Below, piece after piece: positions 8,813 through 16,322 of a stretch of DNA of 40,530 nucleotides. Below the pieces are notes generated by a model. It was not told the origin of the DNA. It did not search any database and was given only the letters and a program-made list of their open reading frames with translations. Made by a program: the position numbers and the translations under genes. This DNA is from a virus (taxonomy: Duplodnaviria; Caudoviricetes): IMG/VR virus record IMGVR_UViG_3300012953_000069, positions 1 through 40,530 of that record; one strand, written 5' to 3'. Each line of letters opens with the position of its first letter. Position 1 is the first letter of the stretch.

Positions 8813-9643
8813 GTCTATTGCGTATTTTGGGTATATTCCATGTGCTTTGCACTCGATATATTGGTGAGTTAGTTTTTTTCGTGCATATTCGTACTCTTCC
8901 TTAGATAACGTCTCAGTATCCGATTTTTGGCACTTTAGACCTTCTATGGTTGGTGCATCGACTCCTTTTTCTGGCCAATACGCTGTAGGGTAAAGATCGA
9001 CTGGAACTTCAAGGTAATCTTTCAATTCTTGAAGTGCATTTGATTCTGGGGTGTATAAATCTTCCATTATGATATGATGCGGATTATATCCTGCAATTTT
9101 CCAATTATCAAAGTGATATGTGTAATTTTCGGACTTAGTTAGACTACCAGTATCTAAAACCTCCATAAAGTAATCTTTTGCTGTTGGTTGTTCTGTTTTC
9201 ACCCATTTATTGTTATACCAAGTACAACATTCAGAAAACAACCTACGAACAGGATTTCTGAATATCATTATTACTTTTATATCAAAATTCTCTTCTAATC
9301 GCTGTTTTATCTCTACCAAGAAATTCATGGGTAATTTTTGGTTAGCATTTGTAAAATCAGTTACAGCATCGTATCCTTTTGCATTATTTTTATATAAATT
9401 AATATATTTTGATAAAGTTACGTTATCCCATATATCCTCTGGATAATCATATTTTTTCTTTCTATTTACAGCATCTTTGAGTTGACTGGCGGTTTTTATT
9501 GATAATAAAACACTTTTATGACTTAGCTCATCTAATAAATGATCTTCTTTACATATACCATGATTACAAGTTGGTAATGAAAACATTATAGATCTTGTTG
9601 CTGCCCATCCTATACCAGCACCAATGATTAGTTTTGGTTTCAT
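8804..9643 (-). CDS. sulfotransferase-fold protein, paralog 7
   Basis: IIGAGIGWAATRS, KEDHL, DFTN, FRNPVRRLFS and YWPEKGVDAP. Confidence 0.75.
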   Translation of the reverse strand: MKPKLIIGAGIGWAATRSIMFSLPTCNHGICKEDHLLDELSHKSVLLSIKTASQLKDAVNRKKKYDYPEDIWDNVTLSKYINLYKNNAKGYDAVTDFTNANQKLPMNFLVEIKQRLEENFDIKVIMIFRNPVRRLFSECCTWYNNKWVKTEQPTAKDYFMEVLDTGSLTKSENYTYHFDNWKIAGYNPHHIIMEDLYTPESNALQELKDYLEVPVDLYPTAYWPEKGVDAPTIEGLKCQKSDTETLSKEEYEYARKKLTHQYIECKAHGIYPKYAIDSW

Positions 9644-9648
9644 AAATA
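9642..9648 (+). promoter_or_regulatory. possible late promoter motif (ATAAATA)
   Basis: Overlaps the start codon of the minus-strand gene and lies 24 nt upstream of the small ORF at 9673. Confidence 0.5.
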
Positions 9649-9672
9649 TTACGCACTTACTCTTTATGTATT

Positions 9673-9762
9673 ATGAGAAGACTGTGGGACTGGATTAAAG
9701 GCGAGTATAAACTTTGGAAGTTGCGTAAGGAAGATCCATATATTTACGAAGATGACGACTAA
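9673..9762 (+). CDS. 29-aa small protein MRRLWDWIKGEYKLWKLRKEDPYIYEDDD (not in the ORF track)
   Basis: Translated by hand. Follows a late-promoter motif and its stop overlaps the next gene's start region. The 'KxDP[YF]IY' ending resembles, from recollection, small ORFs near phage carbamoyltransferases. Confidence 0.6.
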   Translation: MRRLWDWIKGEYKLWKLRKEDPYIYEDDD

Positions 9763-10720
9763 AATACCTTTATTGGTATTTGGTGGATGGGGTCATGCGG
9801 CTTCTACTCCTTTTTATTATACTTTAGCAGTAGATAATAAGTATTGTCATGGTGGACATAGAAAGGAAACTGGGTATCTCAACGAATTAGAGAACTATGA
9901 GTTTTTTGATCAACCTATGTGGACGTACACTAGCGATCCATATGATAGGTTGATGGTAAAGAGTTCTAGTATGCCACCAATACTAGATTCATATGTAAAG
10001 CATAGTGAGGAGTTTATCCGAGATTGGATAGCAGAACCACCTAGTATTGATAAGTATATTCATTATTATCAAATTCACTATGAAAATATCAAACATGAAT
10101 ATAAAGCAGTTGCCGACTTTACTAATGGTAACTCTTGGTTGAGAGAACCATTTCTTGACAAGTACATACCTGCATTGCAAGAATTTTTTGATATCAAGTG
10201 CATATTTGTTGCCAGAGATCCAGTCCGTAGATCATATTCAGATTTTAGTGCTAAGTTTACTAATAACTGTCCTAGTGGTAGATGGTATAATAAGGGGGAA
10301 ATCTATCCTGGCAATAAAATGGATAATACCTATGATTCTATAGGAGAGTTATTCAAAGGTGAGTTACATAAGACTTGTACTAGGTTTTATGTTGAATTTT
10401 ATAAGAAATTCAGCAAATACTTCCCAACTCTTCAAATTGTGATGGAGGATTTCTGGGAACCTGATAACTTTACTGAACAGACTGAAAGGTTATCTAACTT
10501 CTTAGATTATCCAATTACAAAGATACATGAAAATGCTTTTTGGCCAGAAGCAGGTGAAAATGCACCTAAATACGATTTCCTGAAGGATCAATGGGGATCT
10601 GTAAGGGAACCACTAACAAAAGAGTTGTACGATTATGCTAGAGAACAATTGGATCCAGTCTACTCACAATGGGAAGACGAGTTTGGATCTTTGCCGAGTT
10701 CTTGGGGTAAAAATATATGA
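9752..10720 (+). CDS. sulfotransferase-fold protein, paralog 8
   Basis: FGGWGHAASTPF, KETGY, DFTN, ARDPVRRSYS and HENAFWPEAGENAP...DQW. Confidence 0.75.
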   Translation: MTTKIPLLVFGGWGHAASTPFYYTLAVDNKYCHGGHRKETGYLNELENYEFFDQPMWTYTSDPYDRLMVKSSSMPPILDSYVKHSEEFIRDWIAEPPSIDKYIHYYQIHYENIKHEYKAVADFTNGNSWLREPFLDKYIPALQEFFDIKCIFVARDPVRRSYSDFSAKFTNNCPSGRWYNKGEIYPGNKMDNTYDSIGELFKGELHKTCTRFYVEFYKKFSKYFPTLQIVMEDFWEPDNFTEQTERLSNFLDYPITKIHENAFWPEAGENAPKYDFLKDQWGSVREPLTKELYDYAREQLDPVYSQWEDEFGSLPSSWGKNI

Positions 10721-12096
10721 TAGGGTTTAGTGAAGGGTTTCATGATGCTGGTATTGCGGTTGTTCACAAGAATACCATTAGTTACGCTGCACATTCTGAA
10801 AGATACTCTAAAAAGAAGCATGATAAGAGATTAGACCTCACGCCAATTACTATGGCACGAGGAATGAATATTCATGATGATGTGGTGGCATTTTATGAAA
10901 ATCCATTACTAAAAAGAACCAGACAACTATATGCAGGGCAAAAAGCATGGAGAAGAGATAGAGAGTTATCTTTACAACCAAATGTCTATATGCAGCATCA
11001 TAAATCACATGCTGCTGCTGCATTCCAGACATCTAATTTTGAACATGCAGCATGTGTAGTAGTAGATAGTATTGGTGAGTGGGATTGTTCCTCAGTATGG
11101 ACTGCTAATATAGTAAACGGTTCAGCAGTATATAAAAAAGTATGGTCTAGGAAGTATCCTAACTCTATAGGACTTTGGTATAGTGCATTGACTAAATGGG
11201 CAGGGTTAAGACCATTAGATGAAGAATATATCTTTATGGGAATGGCAGCCTTTGGAAAACCTAGTCATACCAAGGAGTTACGAGCATTACTTTCTAAGAA
11301 TAACCATAAAGGTATACGTGGACTAGAAGGTGAACCATGTGATGTGGCAAAGAGTGCAGAGGTTGTCCTTCAAGAAGAACTGTTCAAAATATTTGATATT
11401 GCTAAAAAATATAGTAACAATATTTGCTATGGGGGTGGAGTTGCCCTAAACTGTGTTGTAAATACAAAACTAAGGGAAAGGTGCAATCTATGGATTATGC
11501 CCAATCCTGGCGACGCTGGAGGTGCTTTAGGTGCAGCTTTACTTGCATACGGTAAGAAGGTTCAATTTACCCCCTATCTTGGATATAACATCAGGGGTGA
11601 AGTGGATCCAGAAGAAGTGGTCGATCATTTACTCAAACATAAAATCGCTGGTGTTGCAAATGGTCGTGCTGAGTTTGGTCCTCGTGCTCTTGGTAATAGA
11701 AGTCTATTGGCGGATCCAAGAGAAATTTCAACCAAAGATCTCGTCAACGAAATAAAACAACGTCAGAAGTTTAGACCATTTGCTCCTGCTATACTAGAAG
11801 AGCATTGTCAGGAATGGTTTGATATGCCAGAACATTCTAGGCATATGTCATATGTTTACCAGTGTAAGCAGAGTGACCTCATTCCTGCTTGTCTACACGT
11901 TGACAACTCTGCTAGGGTACAAACAGTACCAGAGACATCTGAAAGCGTTCTAAGACCTATATTAGAGTGTTGGTACGAGAAGACGGGATGTCCTGTATTG
12001 TTGAATACATCTCTGAATGTTCGAGGTAAACCAATGGTAAATAGCGTTGAAGACGCAAAATTCTTCTCTAGTGAATATTCAGTAAAGGTTTTTTGA
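10717..12096 (+). CDS. carbamoyltransferase, NodU/CmcH/TobZ family
   Basis: FHDA, ERYSKKKHD, HHKSHAAAAF, DSIGE, GGGVALN, PNPGDAG, GRAEFGPRALGNRSLLADP, FRPFAP, HVDNSARVQTV and LNTSLN. Confidence 0.95.
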   Translation: MIGFSEGFHDAGIAVVHKNTISYAAHSERYSKKKHDKRLDLTPITMARGMNIHDDVVAFYENPLLKRTRQLYAGQKAWRRDRELSLQPNVYMQHHKSHAAAAFQTSNFEHAACVVVDSIGEWDCSSVWTANIVNGSAVYKKVWSRKYPNSIGLWYSALTKWAGLRPLDEEYIFMGMAAFGKPSHTKELRALLSKNNHKGIRGLEGEPCDVAKSAEVVLQEELFKIFDIAKKYSNNICYGGGVALNCVVNTKLRERCNLWIMPNPGDAGGALGAALLAYGKKVQFTPYLGYNIRGEVDPEEVVDHLLKHKIAGVANGRAEFGPRALGNRSLLADPREISTKDLVNEIKQRQKFRPFAPAILEEHCQEWFDMPEHSRHMSYVYQCKQSDLIPACLHVDNSARVQTVPETSESVLRPILECWYEKTGCPVLLNTSLNVRGKPMVNSVEDAKFFSSEYSVKVF

Positions 12097-12815
12097 TGAA
12101 AATATTATTTCATGGATGTTCAATCACTTGGGGTGATGAACTTGAAGATCGTGAAAACGAAAGATACAGTAAGTTAGTTTCTGATAAATTTGATACTAAA
12201 GAGAATAACATTGCTCTGTGTGGTAATAGTAATGATAGGATTGTAAGGGAGACTATAGAATATTTGAAAACATCTAAAGTAGATGTAGTGGTTATGCAGT
12301 TTACTGTCCATTCAAGAATGGAGTGGTTTGATAAACAGGGGTTTCCTCATAAGTTTACACCACAACTTACTACAACTCACGGAAAACTAAAACTCAAAGG
12401 TAACCCTATGTCTGATGAGTTAAGAGAAAGATTGCATTCTGCAGGTAAATGGTTTTATAGATTTGTATATAACGATATTCTTGGCGTAGAGAATATGTGG
12501 AAGAATATGGTCTTTTTTGATTCTTATTGCAAAGCAAATGATATTACCTTTATTCCTCTTTTAGCAGATCACTTTCACGAAGTAATTCGTAGACCAGAAA
12601 AGTTTTACTATACTGAAAAGAATGGTACTGGTTGGTGGAAACCACTATATCAAGGTTTACCTATAACATATATTCATGAGGACATCATAGGTCATAAAAA
12701 AGATGGTATAGGAGATCATTACTACGGTGAATATCATGCAGAGGGAAATCATCCTAATGCCTTAGGACATCAAAAGATATCAGAAAAAGTTATTGAGTTG
12801 ATAGAAGCTATATAA
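12096..12815 (+). CDS. SGNH/GDSL-fold protein, paralog 3
   Basis: FHGCSITWG, NIALCGNSNDRI and NHPNALGHQKI. The ATG at 12096 overlaps the upstream TGA (TGATG). Confidence 0.8.
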   Translation: MKILFHGCSITWGDELEDRENERYSKLVSDKFDTKENNIALCGNSNDRIVRETIEYLKTSKVDVVVMQFTVHSRMEWFDKQGFPHKFTPQLTTTHGKLKLKGNPMSDELRERLHSAGKWFYRFVYNDILGVENMWKNMVFFDSYCKANDITFIPLLADHFHEVIRRPEKFYYTEKNGTGWWKPLYQGLPITYIHEDIIGHKKDGIGDHYYGEYHAEGNHPNALGHQKISEKVIELIEAI

Positions 12816-12826
12816 TCTGTTATAAT
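12798..12826 (+). promoter_or_regulatory. sigma70-type promoter TTGATA-N17-TATAAT with extended -10 TG
   Basis: TTGATA at 12798-12803, 17-nt spacer, TG at 12818-12819 and TATAAT at 12821-12826, 26 nt upstream of the ATG at 12853. Confidence 0.7.
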
Positions 12827-12852
12827 ATTGTTGGATTGCAACCCATTATAGT

Positions 12853-13611
12853 ATGGCTAAAGGATTTAAGGTGGTAACCACCCCACCTACTACAGAACAA
12901 AAGGAAGACTGGTGGTCTGTAGAAAAAGGAAAAGAATTGATCAAAGGTAAGAGTATTGTCTTTTGTCTACCTGGTCGTGGCGTTTCTTACATATTTTTGA
13001 AGGCATTTGTACAACTTTGCTTTGATCTGGTTCAAAGTGGTGCAAGCATTCAAATCTCACAAAATTATAGTTCAATGGTAAACTTTGCACGTTGTAAGTG
13101 CTTAGGTGCTAATGTTCTAAGAGGACCAGATCAACTACCATGGGACGGGAAGTTAAAGTATGACTATCAACTTTGGATTGACAGTGATATCGTTTTCAAC
13201 CTCGAAAACTTTTATCGCATTGTATGTATGGACAAGGATCTTGCTGCTGGTTGGTACGCTACGGAAGACGGTAAAACGACATCCGTTGCTCACTGGCTTG
13301 AAGAGGATGACTTTAAGGAAAACGGTGGGGTAATGAATCATGAGATGGTTGACAGTATTCAAAAACGCAAAAAACCATTTACTGTTGATTATACTGGTTT
13401 TGGTTGGTTACTAATCAAACATGGTGTCTTTGAAAATAAAGAAATGACTTATCCTTGGTTTGCACCTCAGATGCAGGTGTTTGATTCTGGTGAAGTTCAA
13501 GACATGTGCGGAGAGGATGTATCATTCTGTCTTGATGCATTGAAGGCAGGATATGAAATCTGGTGTGACCCACAGTGTAGAGTAGGGCATGAGAAAACAA
13601 GAATTATATAG
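12853..13611 (+). CDS. GT-A fold glycosyltransferase-like protein (conserved cyanophage gene upstream of gp25)
   Basis: WIDSD (DxD) motif, GFGWLLI, GEDVSFC and VGHEK. The MAKGF N-terminus is typical of the cyanomyovirus family as I recall it. Confidence 0.75.
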   Translation: MAKGFKVVTTPPTTEQKEDWWSVEKGKELIKGKSIVFCLPGRGVSYIFLKAFVQLCFDLVQSGASIQISQNYSSMVNFARCKCLGANVLRGPDQLPWDGKLKYDYQLWIDSDIVFNLENFYRIVCMDKDLAAGWYATEDGKTTSVAHWLEEDDFKENGGVMNHEMVDSIQKRKKPFTVDYTGFGWLLIKHGVFENKEMTYPWFAPQMQVFDSGEVQDMCGEDVSFCLDALKAGYEIWCDPQCRVGHEKTRII

Positions 13612-13637
13612 ATACCTGTAAAGAATGATTACGGTAT

Positions 13638-13811
13638 ATGGAAAAGTATGATATATACGTTGAGGGAGTAAAGGAATTCTCTTCTATAGACGAAGAGGAA
13701 ATGCTTGACATATCACAAGCACTTGCCGATGAGTTTTACCACTCTGGATACCCTCATCCCGACGAAATAGAAATTAGATACCTGGGAACCGACGACCAGG
13801 ATTCCGACTGA
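13638..13811 (+). CDS. 57-aa acidic hypothetical protein (MEKYDIYVEG...LADEFYHSGYPHPDEI...), not in the ORF track
   Basis: Hand-translated ATG..TGA ORF that fills the gap before the terminator. Resembles a conserved small cyanophage protein from recollection. Confidence 0.7.
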   Translation: MEKYDIYVEGVKEFSSIDEEEMLDISQALADEFYHSGYPHPDEIEIRYLGTDDQDSD

Positions 13812-13835
13812 CTATCAGGCTACGGAGCATCCAAT

Positions 13836-13866
13836 AAAGACCCTTCTTTGAGAAGGGTCTTTTTTT
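13836..13866 (+). terminator. intrinsic terminator
   Basis: Perfect inverted repeat AAAGACCCTTCT-TTG-AGAAGGGTCTTT followed by a T run. Confidence 0.9.
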
Positions 13867-13870
13867 GTCT

Positions 13871-13887
13871 CTAAATAGAACTAAATA
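13871..13887 (+). promoter_or_regulatory. tandem late promoter motifs (CTAAATA x2)
   Basis: CTAAATA at 13871 and 13881, immediately after the terminator and upstream of gp25. Confidence 0.7.
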
Positions 13888-13908
13888 TACCGAGATTGCA
13901 TCTTCCTA

Positions 13909-14313
13909 GTGCCAGTCAAACGTTTTTCACAAGGTTTCAAAGACATATCTTTGTCTTTCAAACGCCATCCCGTTACGAATGATGTTTTAACATTGAAGAA
14001 TGAGGATGCTATAAAGCGTTCTGTGCAAAATTTGGTCAGAATAAAAATAGGTGAAGTATTTTTTGATGGTGATTTTGGAACTAGGATTACAGGATCTTTA
14101 TTTGAATTGGCAACAGATGATTATGTTGATCCGATTAAGTCTGAAATAGAGACAACAATATCAAATCATGAACCAAGAGTGAAACTAACAGATGTTGTTG
14201 TGCAAAACTACCCTGATAGAAACTGCTTAGACATTACGCTAAATTATGATATTATTGGTCTATCGTCTCCTTCTCAGGCTGTAAATTTCATATTAGAACC
14301 TACTAGGCTATAA
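13909..14313 (+). CDS. gp25: baseplate wedge subunit gp25
   Basis: FKDISLSF..HPVT.D, AIKRSVQNL, GE..F...FG and EPRV motifs. Positioned before gp6; GTG start. Confidence 0.93.
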   Translation: MPVKRFSQGFKDISLSFKRHPVTNDVLTLKNEDAIKRSVQNLVRIKIGEVFFDGDFGTRITGSLFELATDDYVDPIKSEIETTISNHEPRVKLTDVVVQNYPDRNCLDITLNYDIIGLSSPSQAVNFILEPTRL

Positions 14314-16322
14314 TGGCACTCCAACAATACACAAACTTAAATTTTGAGGATATAAAAACCTCAATAAAAGAATATCTGAGGGAGAATTCAAATTTCACAG
14401 ATATGGACTTTGATGGTTCTAATCTGTCAGTTTTGATAAACCTTTTAGCATATAATTCATATCAGACTGCATATAATACTAATATGGTTGTCAATGAGAC
14501 TTTCATTGACTCTGCAACATTGAGAGAAAATGTTGTATCTCTTGCACGTAATATTGGTTATGTTCCACGTTCTAAGAGAGCAGCAAAAGCAACAGTAGAT
14601 TATTATGTTAGTGGTCTTGCTAGTACAGTAGAAACAATATCATTTACACCTGGTGTAATTGCCAATGGAGAAGTATCTGGATCTCAATATATATTTTCAA
14701 TACCCGAAACAGTTACTGGAACTGCTACAGATGGAGAATCTGAAGGTACAATAGAAATTTTTCAAGGTCAATATCTACAAGCAGGTTTTGTAGTAGATGG
14801 AAGTGATAATCAGAGATATATTTTGCCCAATGAAGGTATAGACACTTCTACTATAATCGTAAAGATAAGAGAAAACTCTAGTAGTAGCACTCAAGTAGAA
14901 TATAAGTTAGTAAATAATATTTTAGGTATTACATCAACATCTAACATATATCTAATTCAAGAGACTACTGATGAGAAATATGAATTATTATTTGGTGATG
15001 ATGTATTTGGTAAGAAGTTAGATTCTGGTAATATTATTGATGTTAGTTATATCAAAACTGAAGGTGTTGATGGAAATGGAGCACAAGAGTTCAAATTCGC
15101 AGGAACACTTAGAGATTCAAATTCTGCATTGTTGGATGGGTATACTTCAATACTTACTCCACAAACACCATCTCAAAATGGCGACAATATAGAACCAACT
15201 AACAGTGTTAGGTACTATGCTCCAAGGTTATATTCATCACAACATAGAGCAGTAACTGCTAGTGATTATGAAGCAATAATTCCTTCTGTTTATCCAAATA
15301 TTGAATCTGTTAGTGCTTATGGTGGTGAAGAATTAGATCCACCTCAATATGGTAGGGTTTATATTGCAGCAAAACCTAAGAATGGTTCTTTCTTATCCAA
15401 CTTCACTAAAAAAGAAATATTAGCATCTTTAAAAAGTTATTCTGTTGCTGGAATTGTACCTACTTTTGTAGACTTGAAATTTATCTATGTTGAAGTTGAT
15501 AGTTACATTTACTATAACCCAAACTTTGCAGGTGATCCAGATACTGTAAAAAGTAGTGTTGTAAATTCTTTGACTCAGTTTGCATCTGGAACAGAGTTGA
15601 ATAAATTTGGCGGTAGGTTCAAATATAGTAAAATTGTTTCGATGGTTGATAATGTTAATAACTCCATAACATCTAATATTACTAATGTGAGAATAAGAAG
15701 GAATTTATTAGCAAAAGTAAATCAATTTACTCAGTATGAATTATGTTTCTTGAATTCTTTCTATTGCAACGAAACTAATTACAATATTAAATCTACAGGA
15801 TTTGGTGTAAGAGGAATATCTGGTACATGCTATTTTACTGATGAAAAGATCGATCATAAGAAGGGTAAGTTATTCTTATTCCAAATTCTTACTGATGATA
15901 CAATAAATGTTCTTGATAATAACTTTGGAACTGTTGATTATGAGAAAGGAGAAATCATTATAGATACTGTGAATATAACTTCTACAACACTGACTAATAA
16001 TATTATTGAAGTTCAAGCAGTTCCAGATTCAAATGATGTTTTAGCAAGAAATGAACTCTATCTTCAATTTGCTGTAAATAAGAGTAATTTTTATATGAGA
16101 AGAGACTCTATATCTTCTGGTGAAAATACTTCTGGAACTAGATTTAATATTCAATCTAGTTATCAAACAGGTGGATCTAAGGTACGAGGCACGGCTATTA
16201 TCTCTAATTCTTCTGGAAGATCAACATCAGCACCAACATTACCAGTTGCAACTACATCTACATCATCTACATCATCTACATCATCAACACAAACAGGTAC
16301 ACCTACAAGTAGTTCATATTAA
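14313..16322 (+). CDS. gp6: baseplate wedge subunit gp6
   Basis: LNFEDIK..., FTD.DF.GSNLSVLI.LLAYN, DSATLRENVVSLARNIGY.PRS and RAVTASDY. Confidence 0.95.
   Translation: MALQQYTNLNFEDIKTSIKEYLRENSNFTDMDFDGSNLSVLINLLAYNSYQTAYNTNMVVNETFIDSATLRENVVSLARNIGYVPRSKRAAKATVDYYVSGLASTVETISFTPGVIANGEVSGSQYIFSIPETVTGTATDGESEGTIEIFQGQYLQAGFVVDGSDNQRYILPNEGIDTSTIIVKIRENSSSSTQVEYKLVNNILGITSTSNIYLIQETTDEKYELLFGDDVFGKKLDSGNIIDVSYIKTEGVDGNGAQEFKFAGTLRDSNSALLDGYTSILTPQTPSQNGDNIEPTNSVRYYAPRLYSSQHRAVTASDYEAIIPSVYPNIESVSAYGGEELDPPQYGRVYIAAKPKNGSFLSNFTKKEILASLKSYSVAGIVPTFVDLKFIYVEVDSYIYYNPNFAGDPDTVKSSVVNSLTQFASGTELNKFGGRFKYSKIVSMVDNVNNSITSNITNVRIRRNLLAKVNQFTQYELCFLNSFYCNETNYNIKSTGFGVRGISGTCYFTDEKIDHKKGKLFLFQILTDDTINVLDNNFGTVDYEKGEIIIDTVNITSTTLTNNIIEVQAVPDSNDVLARNELYLQFAVNKSNFYMRRDSISSGENTSGTRFNIQSSYQTGGSKVRGTAIISNSSGRSTSAPTLPVATTSTSSTSSTSSTQTGTPTSSSY
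16257..16283 (+). repeat. (TCTACATCA)x3 tandem repeat encoding the Ser/Thr-rich gp6 tail
   Basis: Read directly from the sequence. Confidence 0.85.

Noticed and set aside
719-13600. Short alternative-frame or antisense ORFs within the island (e.g. 719..1030, 3380..3583, 4041..4259, 8088..8279, 9210..9446, 10850..11032, 13153..13362)
   Set aside because: Nested in well-supported genes and lacking recognisable motifs; shadow ORFs.
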